Positions 48,380 through 58,656 of a stretch of 64,000 nucleotides of DNA are shown here, piece by piece. Origin of the DNA: Clostridium sp. 26_22 (GTDB lineage: Bacteria > Bacillota > Clostridia > TANB77 > CAG-508); NCBI GenBank assembly GCA_001916005.1, contig MNRP01000056.1, positions 182 through 64,181 of the forward strand. Direction: 5' to 3'. Numbering within the stretch: the first letter of the stretch is position 1; every line of letters starts with the position of its first letter. The notes below the pieces were generated by a model. The model did not search any database and was not told where the DNA came from. It was given only the letters and a program-made list of their open reading frames with translations. Made by a program: the position numbers and the translations under genes.

Positions 48380-49282
48380 TTATTGTTTATTTTTTAATTC
48401 TCCATATCCTTCGTATATTATTCCACCATTTTTTAGAAATTCTTTTATACATTTTTGCAAGCTAGTATTTTCTGATAATTCATCATAATTTTCACATTTT
48501 TTTAATTTAAATACAAAATTCAAAATATCGTCTATTCCGTTTTTTGAAGGTTTTATATCAAATAGTTTTTGAAATTTTATAATATTAGATTTTTCATCTA
48601 ACATATCTGCAATTTCTTTGCTTAAAAGCCATGATTCACAAACATATTGAGCATTTTCTATATTATAATATTTTTTTAGTAATATTTTTGAATTTTTCAA
48701 AGATTCTTTTACATCATCAATTATTAATTTTTTTCCTTCTGGTATATGTATTTTAATTTTACTATTATTAATTGGTTCAAATTGCAATCTGCCAGTTTCT
48801 AATAATAGTCCATTTATAAAATATGTTCCCCATAGCATCTGTGAAATTCTAATTCCTTCATAATGTTTATTTACAATATCATTTAACAAGCATTCTCTTA
48901 CTCTTTGTTTTTGAATTTGTATTTGTTCATCATCAAATTTATATTTTTTGATATTTTCTTTATGATACTCATAACCTAATAATAACAATACATTAGTTAT
49001 AAATGGATTTACTTTTTCTCCAAATAATAAATTTATATCTTTTTCTTTCCATAGTTCTATTAATTTTCCTGTTTTATCAATATATAAGATTTCATATATT
49101 TCATTTGCTTTTTTATATATTTTTTCATCTTTTGTTATTTCATTTATACATTTATTGCATTTTTCTTTGTAATTATTATCTTTTATTGAATAATATTTTA
49201 ATGCTTCTTCTAATATTTCTCTTGCTTTTTCCAATGTTAATTTCATAAAATATTTTCTCCTTAAATTTTTTGATTCAAACAC
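48380..49282 (-). CDS. hypothetical protein (possibly an N-acyltransferase-like two-domain protein)
   Basis: 300-aa ORF. The family call is a weak recollection only. Confidence 0.4.
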   Translation of the reverse strand: MFESKNLRRKYFMKLTLEKAREILEEALKYYSIKDNNYKEKCNKCINEITKDEKIYKKANEIYEILYIDKTGKLIELWKEKDINLLFGEKVNPFITNVLLLLGYEYHKENIKKYKFDDEQIQIQKQRVRECLLNDIVNKHYEGIRISQMLWGTYFINGLLLETGRLQFEPINNSKIKIHIPEGKKLIIDDVKESLKNSKILLKKYYNIENAQYVCESWLLSKEIADMLDEKSNIIKFQKLFDIKPSKNGIDDILNFVFKLKKCENYDELSENTSLQKCIKEFLKNGGIIYEGYGELKNKQ

Positions 49283-49286
49283 TTCT

Positions 49287-49511
49287 CTAATGTCTTATTT
49301 TTTTATAATTTTTTATAAATTCATAAGCATCTGTTATTATTAATTTGTCATATTTTATCTCTTTTTGTTTTAACCAATTTTCTGTCATATTCCATGGATC
49401 TGCATAGTTTCCATTGTCCCTTCCTGTAATAATTACAATCATGTGTCCATCTTCTTTTAGTGCTTCATTAAAGTTTGATATTACATTATCTATATCTATT
49501 CCTATGTTCAT
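49287..49511 (-). pseudogene. shortened NT5C-like deoxyribonucleotidase paralog
   Basis: 74 aa. MNIGIDIDNVISNF and KEIKYDKLII align to the two ends of the 197-aa paralog at 27445-28038. The middle is missing. Confidence 0.5.
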
Positions 49512-49545
49512 CTTTATTTTTCTCCTATATTATTTTTATATCTAT

Positions 49546-50781
49546 CTACTTCATATATTTAATAACAAACTCTGTTCCTTTGTCAAGTTCAGACTTGCAA
49601 TTTATCATACCATTATTTTTCTCAATAATATTTTTAGCTAATGCAAGTCCAATACCAACACTATTTTCAGATGAATTCTTGCCCTTATAAAATCTTTCAA
49701 ATATATGTTTTAAATCTTCTTTTGATATACCTTCTCCTTCATCTCGTATTGTTATTTTTGTAAATAAGCTGTTTTCTTCATAATTAATATAAATTGTTCC
49801 GTTATTTGCATTATGTTCTATACAATTTTTTATAACATTTGTAATCGCTTCTTGTTGCCATTTATAATCTCCAATAAATGAAACATTTTCATCTCCATCA
49901 ATAATGATTTTTTGATTTTTTACTTCTATTGGTATTTCTAAGTTTTTGATTATTTCACCAATAAATTTATTTAAGTTTATTTTTTCATCATAGAACTGTA
50001 CTACATTTGCATCTAATTTTGATAATTTTAACATTGATATAACTAACCAATTAATCCATTCGACTTGTTTGCTTATTTCAAATATAAATTTTTGTTTTGT
50101 CTTTTCTTCCATGTTAGGATTATCTTTTAAATTATCAAGCATTATAGTTATTGATGTTAGGGGGGTCTTTAATTGATGTGAAATATCTTCAACAGACATT
50201 TTTAGATTTTCCTTGTCTTTTTTTGATATTTCACTTTCTTCTTTTAACATTATTGTTATCTTGTATAATTCGTTTTTTAAATTACTTAATTCATCCTCTG
50301 TATTTTCTTCAATATTTAAGTCGTATTTCTTATTCTTTATTTGATTTATGTAATTTGTGATTTGCTTGATTTTTTTATCTCTTTTTCTTAAGTATAGAAC
50401 AATAATAGTCATCCATAAAATACTAAATAATACTATTATTAATATGTTTAATTTTAAATTTGTTTTCATTTGGTTTTCAATTAATTTGATAGAATTTATT
50501 TTATCTATTTCAATTCCATATTTTGATAATTCTTTTTGTCCTTTTTCATATTGTTCCATATTTTGAGTTGAATTTAATATTTCTATTATTTCTCTACTAT
50601 CTATTTCTGGATTGCTTTCACTTATTTTTCCCATTATTTCAGCTATTTTTTCGTTTAATGTTATTGTTACAGTTTTGTATTGTTTTATTGTTTGAATTGT
50701 TATTGCTATACTTGCTGTTATTGTTAAAATTATCATTGGTAGTATTAAGTATTTTATATTTTTATTTTCAAATATTTTCAT
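49546..50781 (-). CDS. sensor histidine kinase
   Basis: Two TM helices around an about 85-aa loop. H-box SHQLKTPLTSI, and G-box GIGLALAK. Confidence 0.85.
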   Translation of the reverse strand: MKIFENKNIKYLILPMIILTITASIAITIQTIKQYKTVTITLNEKIAEIMGKISESNPEIDSREIIEILNSTQNMEQYEKGQKELSKYGIEIDKINSIKLIENQMKTNLKLNILIIVLFSILWMTIIVLYLRKRDKKIKQITNYINQIKNKKYDLNIEENTEDELSNLKNELYKITIMLKEESEISKKDKENLKMSVEDISHQLKTPLTSITIMLDNLKDNPNMEEKTKQKFIFEISKQVEWINWLVISMLKLSKLDANVVQFYDEKINLNKFIGEIIKNLEIPIEVKNQKIIIDGDENVSFIGDYKWQQEAITNVIKNCIEHNANNGTIYINYEENSLFTKITIRDEGEGISKEDLKHIFERFYKGKNSSENSVGIGLALAKNIIEKNNGMINCKSELDKGTEFVIKYMK

Positions 50782-50782
50782 A

Positions 50783-51451
50783 TTAATCCCCTATTCTATA
50801 CCCAAGTCCTCTTACTGTTTTTATAATAGTTTCATCTTCTAATTTTTCTCTTATTCTTTTTATATAAACAGTTAAAGTATTATCATTAACAAAATTTCCA
50901 GCAATGTCCCATATTTTATCTAATAATTGCTCTCTTGTAATTAATTTGTTTTGATTTGTAAATAGCATTAATAATATTTTATACTCTAAACCTGTAAATA
51001 TTATTTCTTCATTATCTTTATATACTTTTGCTGCTATTGTGTCTATTTTTATATTTTTATATTGAATTATATTACCTTTTTCTTCTTTTTGCCCATATCT
51101 TCTCAATACTGATTTTATTCTTGATATTAGTTCTCTTGTTCTAAATGGTTTTACTATATAATCATCTGCACCTAAATCCAAACCTAAAACAACACTTGTT
51201 TCTTCATCTTGGGCTGTTAAAAATATTACTGGTATATCTTGTTTTTCTTTAATTTCTTTGCATATATCAAATCCGTTTCCATCTGGTAATGATACATCTA
51301 GTAATACTATATCTATTTTTTCTTGCTTTATTTTTTCTTTGCTTTCTGCTACACTTTTAGCTGATATTACTTGGAAGTTTTCTTGTTCTAAGGAATATTT
51401 TAGCCCCATTATTATTGTTTCATTGTCTTCTACTAATAATATTTTTTTCAT
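50783..51451 (-). CDS. OmpR-family response regulator
   Basis: Receiver domain (LLDVSLPDGNG) plus a winged helix (TVRGLGYRIG). Confidence 0.9.
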   Translation of the reverse strand: MKKILLVEDNETIIMGLKYSLEQENFQVISAKSVAESKEKIKQEKIDIVLLDVSLPDGNGFDICKEIKEKQDIPVIFLTAQDEETSVVLGLDLGADDYIVKPFRTRELISRIKSVLRRYGQKEEKGNIIQYKNIKIDTIAAKVYKDNEEIIFTGLEYKILLMLFTNQNKLITREQLLDKIWDIAGNFVNDNTLTVYIKRIREKLEDETIIKTVRGLGYRIGD

Positions 51452-51478
51452 TTTTGCCTCCAGTCTTTATGAATTTAT

Positions 51479-52654
51479 TTAAAATATTTCCAAATAAACT
51501 CTCTTATTTTCAAAATCATAATTTATCTTAGCTTCAAATTTTTCTACAAATTCTTCCAAAGTACCACCAACATAAACAGTGTCACTTTTATTTTCTTTAG
51601 AAGTATCTTCTTGCTTAACTTTATAAATTTTATTTTTATATCTTATTTTTCTAACATAATCAAGATCTTTATTTATCTTTAAAATTTCTACTGACTCAAT
51701 ACTTTTAAGCAAAACATTTCCTATTCCAGTAATTTTATATTTTTGTTCATCTGTATAATAATAAAGTTTTGCATTTTCATCATTGTACAATTTAGCATTT
51801 GTACCATCTAATATTATTTCAAGTTGTTTTGGTCTCCAAATATTTTCAATTTCTACTTGGTTTATTTTATTTAATTCTTGCTGGTTGTTTCTTTCTTTTA
51901 ATATGTTGATATATTCATATTTTGCTTTATATATTTCCTTTTCAATTGATGATAGTCCATTACAATTTAATGAATTATAATAGTCTATTTTTTTATTTCT
52001 TATTGTAATTGCTTCATACATTTTATTGTCTTGTTTTTCTAGATATTTAACTATATTATAAGCTTTATTACATGCACTTTCTAACTCATCATAATTTTCT
52101 ATATCAATATAAACTTCATATTTTAAAAAATCTGTATTATAACCTTCTTTTATTCCTTGTTCAATATTTAAATTAGATACCAAAGATTTATCACTACAAT
52201 TTTCTATATAATATTTTAATCTATTTTCAGAATAATCATCTACCATATATACTGAACCTTTTTCTACTTTAAATATTATATTTTTATTGTTTTTAGGACT
52301 CATTAAAAATTGTCCATTATCTTTTTCAATATCTTTACCATAATCATTTACAACTACAAATTTTTGTCCTCTATATTCATTTTTCAATTGTTTCTTTACA
52401 TTAACTGATGCATAAATTCCAAATAAACTTTTTATATAAAATAATGAAACTATAACTGCAATTATAAATATTATTACAAATATTGAAAAAACAGAGCCTA
52501 ATAATTTACTTATTAATTTAGTAAATATTTCTGTGCCTCTATATTCTTTTGCTTTAAATTCTTTTACATTATTTTTCTGTTTTATTTCATTTTGCTTATC
52601 TTGCCATTCTTCTAGTTCTTTCCAATCTTCTTCTTTACTCATATTTTTCTCCAT
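51479..52654 (-). CDS. hypothetical membrane-anchored protein
   Basis: 391 aa with one TM near residue 55. Likely start is the second ATG (52642), which has a GGAG RBS. Confidence 0.5.
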   Translation of the reverse strand: MEKNMSKEEDWKELEEWQDKQNEIKQKNNVKEFKAKEYRGTEIFTKLISKLLGSVFSIFVIIFIIAVIVSLFYIKSLFGIYASVNVKKQLKNEYRGQKFVVVNDYGKDIEKDNGQFLMSPKNNKNIIFKVEKGSVYMVDDYSENRLKYYIENCSDKSLVSNLNIEQGIKEGYNTDFLKYEVYIDIENYDELESACNKAYNIVKYLEKQDNKMYEAITIRNKKIDYYNSLNCNGLSSIEKEIYKAKYEYINILKERNNQQELNKINQVEIENIWRPKQLEIILDGTNAKLYNDENAKLYYYTDEQKYKITGIGNVLLKSIESVEILKINKDLDYVRKIRYKNKIYKVKQEDTSKENKSDTVYVGGTLEEFVEKFEAKINYDFENKRVYLEIF

Positions 52655-52689
52655 TAATAGGGAAAAAAAGGGCGTCCCCTTTTCCCTTT

Positions 52690-54735
52690 TTATTTCACAA
52701 ATAAACTCTTAATTTTCTTTATAACGTAATGACTTCCACCACTGCTATTATTTTGAGTATTTTCTACCATACCGATAATAAGCATATCATTTCCATTTGA
52801 ATAATTAACAGTAAAACAATCAAACCAACCTAATGTACCACTTTGAGTGTCTGTACTTGAATTTTTTAGTTCTGCTGTTCCTGTTTTTCCGGCTATTGTA
52901 ACTCCTGGTACTTTCATATCATTTGCTGTTCCTTCTGGATTTTCTACAACTTGTATTAAATCATTTTTTATTGTGTTTGCAGTTTCTGCTGTGAATACAT
53001 CTTGTTTTAAAATTTCTGTTTTTCCATTTTCGTATTCTATATATGGTTTTACCATACTTCCATTATTTGCAAAAGCTGAGTAAATTGATGCCATATGTAT
53101 TGGGTTTACTAATATGTCTCCTTGACCATAACCTGAATCTGCTAATTTTTTCTCAGACCAGTTTGCTTTTTCTGAATTTGAATATTGAGATTTTTTGAAG
53201 GTTAATGGGAATTTTATTGTTTGGTCAATATCTTCATTAAATCCTAATTTGTCTAATTCAGAACAAAAAGTTTCTTTTCCAATTTGCATTGCTGTTTGTG
53301 CAAAAAAGATATTATCTGAATGTATTATCGCATTTGCTACATTTTTTGCTCCACTGTAAGCTGTTAATGTTGTTACATAATCATTTCCCCAACTTGAGTC
53401 TTTTTGCCATTTTAAGCCTGAGTAGTTAAAGGTTGTATCTGTTGTTATTTTTCCTGTTGCTAATCCAATTGCTCCTGTGATTGGTTTAAATGTTGAACCT
53501 GGACAATAACTTTGTAAAAATCTGTTATACAATGGTTTACTTTCATCATTATTTAATTCATCCCATTGTGATTGAGATAATCCTAATACAAAATCATTTG
53601 AATTATATGATGGTGTACTTACTGTTGCTAATAACTCACCTGTAGTTGGATTCATAACTACAAAAAATCCTTTATCTGATTTCATTTGATAATATAATTG
53701 TTTTTGTATATTACTATCTATTGTAAGTTTAACATCAGTTCCATCTTTTTTATCTTGTTTTGCAAGTGTTTTTAATCTTGTTCCATTTTCATCTATAATA
53801 TAAATTTCAGTTCCATCTATTCCTCTCAATGTATCTTCATATGCTTGTTCTAAACCAGCTTTTCCTATTATACTACTAGAGCTATAGCCTTTTCCTTCTT
53901 TTGCTTTTAATTCATCAGCACTTATTGCTTGAACATAACCAATTAAATGAGCTATTTCTTCTCCTAATGGATATACTCTAGATGCTGTGCTTGTTATTTT
54001 TATTCCAGATATTTCTAATAATTTATCTTTTAATTCATTATTACTTGCAGAAACTTTTTTGATTGGTACAAAAGTATCATCTTTTACATATGATGCTGAA
54101 AGTTGTTTATTTATATAATCAACTGAAACACCTGTTAATTCAGATATTTTCGAAATACTTTCCTCTTTATTTTCTCCTAGTTTTCCCGGAACAATTCCAA
54201 CTGTTGAAATATAACCGTTTTGTGCTAATTTTTCTCCGTTTCTATCTAAAATCTCACCTCTACTAGCAGTGATTGTTGAAACTCTAACTTTATCTGTATC
54301 TCTTAACTCTGGAAAAATCATACTTGAAGACCATTTTAACTTATATTCTTTGTTTTCTTTTACAAGCTTTGCTGTATTATCAAATTCAATAATTCCAGCT
54401 GAAGTTGACATACTTTCTTTGTATGCAATTTTATATACTCCATTTTCTTTAGCAACTTCAGAAATATCTACTTTTATATCATAAGCATCTATTCCCTCGT
54501 AAATATTCTTGTTTCTAGTTATAAAATTTTCCTCAGATATCTCATCTTTAGAACTTTCTGATATTAAATTATACATCTCTTCATAATTTTTATCATTAAC
54601 TTTTGAAATAAAATCACTAAAAACATCCTCTGGTTTTGTAGCATTTTTATTTATTAATACAACTGCTACCACAATCGCTACTACAAGCAGTATAACCGCT
54701 ACTAAAGCACCAATAATAACTTTCTTATTTTTCAT
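52690..54735 (-). CDS. class B penicillin-binding protein with NTF2-like MecA_N-type N-terminal domain (PBP2a/PBP3-like)
   Basis: Motifs STFKP, SDN and KTGTA. N-terminal TM anchor. Confidence 0.85.
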   Translation of the reverse strand: MKNKKVIIGALVAVILLVVAIVVAVVLINKNATKPEDVFSDFISKVNDKNYEEMYNLISESSKDEISEENFITRNKNIYEGIDAYDIKVDISEVAKENGVYKIAYKESMSTSAGIIEFDNTAKLVKENKEYKLKWSSSMIFPELRDTDKVRVSTITASRGEILDRNGEKLAQNGYISTVGIVPGKLGENKEESISKISELTGVSVDYINKQLSASYVKDDTFVPIKKVSASNNELKDKLLEISGIKITSTASRVYPLGEEIAHLIGYVQAISADELKAKEGKGYSSSSIIGKAGLEQAYEDTLRGIDGTEIYIIDENGTRLKTLAKQDKKDGTDVKLTIDSNIQKQLYYQMKSDKGFFVVMNPTTGELLATVSTPSYNSNDFVLGLSQSQWDELNNDESKPLYNRFLQSYCPGSTFKPITGAIGLATGKITTDTTFNYSGLKWQKDSSWGNDYVTTLTAYSGAKNVANAIIHSDNIFFAQTAMQIGKETFCSELDKLGFNEDIDQTIKFPLTFKKSQYSNSEKANWSEKKLADSGYGQGDILVNPIHMASIYSAFANNGSMVKPYIEYENGKTEILKQDVFTAETANTIKNDLIQVVENPEGTANDMKVPGVTIAGKTGTAELKNSSTDTQSGTLGWFDCFTVNYSNGNDMLIIGMVENTQNNSSGGSHYVIKKIKSLFVK

Positions 54736-54807
54736 AAAACCATCTCCTAAAATTTATACATCTATTTTATAATTCCACAAAAATATTGTCAATAAATTTT
54801 ATAATAT

Positions 54808-55376
54808 TTAATCATCATATATAGAACGAGTCATATACACATACCCAGAAGTTCTCTCATAAGTAAACTCATCTTTTCCAAGTTCTTCTCTACTATAGCT
54901 TTTTCTAAATTCGCACAAATAACTAACCAATCTCTGTAATCTATTATTATCTTTAAATTTAAAAATGATTGCCTTTTGCTCCTTTTCAGTATCATAATCA
55001 AAAATTATATAATTAGCACCAGAAGACATTATTCTATCCATAGAATCAGGTGTAAAACAAGTCAAATTGAAATCGTCTGCTTGAGAATAATACATTCTAT
55101 CTTCTGCAACTTCTAATAAATGAGAATAATTCTCATCTGTTTTATCAAATATATAAAACACATCTCTTTCTTTTGGTTTATATAATATTCTATCTGGCTT
55201 TTCTGTATATGTATAAATGAAATTTAATTTTTGATAATTATTGCCATAATTTTTTTCATCTTTTTCTATTTGTTTCTTTTGACTTATTCTATCTAGTAAC
55301 ACAATACTTGCACCTATCGCTACTATTAGAATAGCTATAACTATTGGTATAATTATATATCTTTTTTAATTTTCAT
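54808..55376 (-). CDS. hypothetical signal-anchored protein, 1-nt frameshift in an A6 run at 55362-55367
   Basis: ATG at 55376 reads MKIKKDI then stops. A frame shifted by one base gives KRYIIIPIVIAILIVAIGASIVLLDRISQ..., continuous with the 164-aa ORF. Confidence 0.5.
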
Positions 55377-56877
55377 GTATTGCCTCCTTTAATTCTTCTC
55401 TTGTAAACTCTTTTTCAATATTTGTTTTTGCATCATAATTTGGACTTTCTTTTATTATAAATTTTACTGAATTACTATTTTCTACTAGACTTAATATCGT
55501 AATTGCATTTTTCTTTAATATTTCCTCTTTTCTTTCAGTTGGTAGTTCTAAAAATTCATAAAAGACTGGTTCTGTTTCTTTATTTCCATAAGTAAAATAT
55601 TCAATTTTTATATTTCTTCCTTTTATATCTTCTGTTCTTGGAATTTCCATATATTTTACATATCTACCTAAACTTAATTTTTTTACTAAAGTTTTTACTT
55701 TGTTAAAATCTCCTATATATTCAACTTTATATGGAACCATATCTTCATAATTAAAATCAAATGGGTCATTTTCTATTTTTGTATATTTTCCTATAAAGAA
55801 TATTATCAATAATGATGAAATTAGTGAAATAGAAAGAAATGAAAGTCTAATTACTTTTTCTTTAAATTTCGGTGCAAATTTTATCATATATATTCTTCTT
55901 TGATTGTCATCTTGTATTCCAATTAGATTTAATACTTCTGTTTCATAACTTTTATAATTTCTATTTGCTAGCACCTTTATTATTGTTAATGCATAGTTTT
56001 TGTTGTCTTCCACTTTTAATTTTTTTATTGCTATACTATCAGCTTTTAATTCTATATCTTGTCTAATTCTTTTGAAAAATATATAACAAAATGGATTAAA
56101 CCAATGGATGGCATTTATTATTTTTAGTAGAAAGTTTAAATACAAATCAAAGCCTTTATAATGTGAAAGTTCATGCATAAACATATATGAAATTTCTTCA
56201 TTTGAATATTTTTCTAAAAATTCTTCATTTATTAAAATTTTAGGATTTACTATTCCATAAATAGCCGGTGTTTCTTTATTTTTTTGATTAATTAATCTTA
56301 TTTTTCTTTTTATTTTTAGTTTGTTTTTACATTCTTCTAAAATAGTATTATATCTTTCATTTATTTTTTTGTTTTTCTTGCTAGTAACTGCTATAATTAT
56401 TTTTATAATTATATTTTTAAATATTATATACACTATACCAATTTCCCATAAAACTGGTAACACAATATCAAATATCGTGTATTTTATATATGCATTATGC
56501 TTAGCACTTCTCACTTTTTTATAATCTTGATAATTAGTGTCTTCTTTTTGAATATATGAATTATATAAAGCTTCTTTATCTTGAACTTCTTTTTTGAAAG
56601 ATATATTTTGTATAGGTTGCAAAGTTTTTAATAACCAATTATTATTTTGATATTTCGAACTATTATTAATTGGTACTATCAAAGCTATTAATAACACTAA
56701 CCATAAAGTTATTTTCCATTTTGGAGTGATTTTTTTGTCTAATATTTCTTGTATTAAATATATTACAAGTCCTACAATAATTGCTAATATTGACATATAT
56801 AGCACATTATAAAATGCTTTTGCTATATATGTATGCTCTATTATTTTTGGTATATATATTAAAATTTTTTCTATCAT
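55366..56877 (-). CDS. BlaR1/MecR1-like M56 peptidase with a non-PBP C-terminal domain (DUF4825-like)
   Basis: HELSH zinc motif and 4-5 TM helices. The C-terminal 150 aa lack SxxK/KTG motifs. Confidence 0.75.
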   Translation of the reverse strand: MIEKILIYIPKIIEHTYIAKAFYNVLYMSILAIIVGLVIYLIQEILDKKITPKWKITLWLVLLIALIVPINNSSKYQNNNWLLKTLQPIQNISFKKEVQDKEALYNSYIQKEDTNYQDYKKVRSAKHNAYIKYTIFDIVLPVLWEIGIVYIIFKNIIIKIIIAVTSKKNKKINERYNTILEECKNKLKIKRKIRLINQKNKETPAIYGIVNPKILINEEFLEKYSNEEISYMFMHELSHYKGFDLYLNFLLKIINAIHWFNPFCYIFFKRIRQDIELKADSIAIKKLKVEDNKNYALTIIKVLANRNYKSYETEVLNLIGIQDDNQRRIYMIKFAPKFKEKVIRLSFLSISLISSLLIIFFIGKYTKIENDPFDFNYEDMVPYKVEYIGDFNKVKTLVKKLSLGRYVKYMEIPRTEDIKGRNIKIEYFTYGNKETEPVFYEFLELPTERKEEILKKNAITILSLVENSNSVKFIIKESPNYDAKTNIEKEFTREELKEAIHEN

Positions 56878-56880
56878 TTT

Positions 56881-57249
56881 TTAATCCTCTATCATTTCTA
56901 TTAATTTTTTTAATTCTTCTTTTGAGATTTCTTTGTTTTCTACAAAGTTTAATAGCATATTACTGGTATTGCCATTATATAATTTATTTAAAAAACTTTG
57001 ATTTTCTTTTTTCAGATATTTTTCTTTTGAAATATTTGCTTTAAATTTATTTTCTTTTTGATTTTTATTTATGGATTTTACTGCACCTTTTTCAATTAAT
57101 CTATATAATAGTGTTTTTATTGTATTTTTATTTCTAGGTTCTTTTTTATTTAATTTTTCTGTTAATTCATTTAGTGATAGTTGTTTATTTTCCCATAGTT
57201 CTTTCATTATTTCTAATTCTGCATCTGTTATGTTATATTTATTTTCCAT
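56881..57249 (-). CDS. blaI: BlaI/MecI/CopY family transcriptional repressor
   Basis: 122 aa. Winged helix (TDAELEIMKELW...TIKTLLYRLIEKGAV). Confidence 0.85.
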   Translation of the reverse strand: MENKYNITDAELEIMKELWENKQLSLNELTEKLNKKEPRNKNTIKTLLYRLIEKGAVKSINKNQKENKFKANISKEKYLKKENQSFLNKLYNGNTSNMLLNFVENKEISKEELKKLIEMIED

Positions 57250-57275
57250 TTTTTCTCCTTTCGTTTGGTATTATC

Positions 57276-57293
57276 AGTTTACAACTGTAAACT
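57276..57293. promoter_or_regulatory. candidate BlaI operator AGTTTACA-AC-TGTAAACT
   Basis: Perfect 18-bp palindrome with a TACA/TGTA core, 27 nt upstream of the blaI start. Confidence 0.55.
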
Positions 57294-57314
57294 TTATTTG
57301 TCAAGGGAATTTCA

Positions 57315-57352
57315 TAAAAAAAGAAGCTTAACTTATTTAAGTAAAGCTTCTT
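57315..57352 (-). terminator. intrinsic terminator after the 57375-57836 gene
   Basis: AAGAAGCUU...AAGCUUCUU long stem followed by a U-rich tract. Confidence 0.6.
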
Positions 57353-57374
57353 TTATCTCATTCCGACGGCTTAT

Positions 57375-57836
57375 TTAAGCAAAGTCAGGAATTTTTATTT
57401 TTGTCTTTTCTTCTTTTAACTCTTTTAGTAGAAACAACGTCTCTCTAAAATATTCCATATCGTAAGATCTTTCTACCTCTGTGGCTATTCTATCAATATC
57501 TTCACCAGCCTCAGCATAGTTTTTTATTTTCTTTTCTAATTTTTGAGTTTCTTTATCAGTTTTCTTTATTTTTCTTTCTAACTGCTTTACAGTAAAATCT
57601 TTATATTGATCATAATCAATTATATAATCCTTTTCTTTAAAAAATCTCACTGCTTCCTCACTATCTAATTTAATGAATTCACTTAAATCAGCATCAACTG
57701 GTTTAACTCCATCTTTATAGTACTCTTCTAAGATAATTGACGGTATCTTCCGATTCTCTCTAATAAAATAAAAAACATCTCTTTCTTGGACAAAAACAAC
57801 TTCCTTTCCATTTTCTTCTTTGTGAAATATTTTCAT
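57375..57836 (-). CDS. hypothetical protein
   Basis: 153-aa ORF with a GGAGG RBS and a coiled-coil C-terminal half. Confidence 0.5.
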   Translation of the reverse strand: MKIFHKEENGKEVVFVQERDVFYFIRENRKIPSIILEEYYKDGVKPVDADLSEFIKLDSEEAVRFFKEKDYIIDYDQYKDFTVKQLERKIKKTDKETQKLEKKIKNYAEAGEDIDRIATEVERSYDMEYFRETLFLLKELKEEKTKIKIPDFA

Positions 57837-57930
57837 ACGAAAACCTCCTTAATTAATATATGTCTTACCCATGTGTTGCTCAATAAGGATTAAAGACTAA
57901 TAATATTATACCATATTTTTACTATATATT

Positions 57931-58140
57931 TCAATCCATTTTCTTATATTCTAAAATATCTCCTGGTGTACACTCTAATACTTCACATATTTTATCTAAA
58001 GTAGAAAACCTAATCGCTTTACCTTTATTAGTTTTCAATATAGAAAGATTTGCTGTTGTTATTCCTATCTTTTGTGCCAATTCATTGGATGACATTTTTC
58101 TTTTTGCCATCATAACATCTAAATTAACAATTATTGCCAT
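57931..58140 (-). CDS. XRE-family HTH regulator (YozG-like)
   Basis: 69 aa. MSSNELAQKIGITTANLSILKTNKGKAIRFSTLDKICEVLECTPGDIL. Confidence 0.85.
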   Translation of the reverse strand: MAIIVNLDVMMAKRKMSSNELAQKIGITTANLSILKTNKGKAIRFSTLDKICEVLECTPGDILEYKKMD

Positions 58141-58151
58141 AACTTTTCCCC

Positions 58152-58640
58152 CTATATTGTTAAATCATTTTCTTCTTTATTTTCAATTGCTGCTTTGTAA
58201 ATTTCTCTTAATATCATTAATCCAATTCCAAACATTAAAAATATTACTGCTGTTATTACTGAGAAAAATACATACACAATAATTTCTGTTACTTCTAGTC
58301 CCACTATCTCACTAGGAATTAATAATGTATTTATAAAATATATTATTCCTATAATTATAGAAGAAATTGCTGAAATTAAAAATCTTTTTTCTATTGCTTT
58401 ACTAAATATGTTTTCTTTTTCTAATTGTCCAAATATTTTTATAAATTGATATAGCATAACAAGTGCTGGAATACTTGAAATATATATACATATAATTGTT
58501 GCACCTAATTTTTCTTTTGTTATTGCTCCTTGTTTTAAAAAGATTGGTGTAATAGCCATAGATAAAATACACATTACAAATATAGTCACTAAAATTATTT
58601 TTAGTATAACAGCTATTCCTTTTTTTCCTGATATTTTCAT
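58152..58640 (-). CDS. DUF2975-like membrane protein
   Basis: 4 TM helices. This is the usual partner of YozG-like HTH genes. Start at the ATG at 58640 with a GGAGA RBS. Confidence 0.6.
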   Translation of the reverse strand: MKISGKKGIAVILKIILVTIFVMCILSMAITPIFLKQGAITKEKLGATIICIYISSIPALVMLYQFIKIFGQLEKENIFSKAIEKRFLISAISSIIIGIIYFINTLLIPSEIVGLEVTEIIVYVFFSVITAVIFLMFGIGLMILREIYKAAIENKEENDLTI

Positions 58641-58656
58641 AGTTGGTCTCCTTTTT

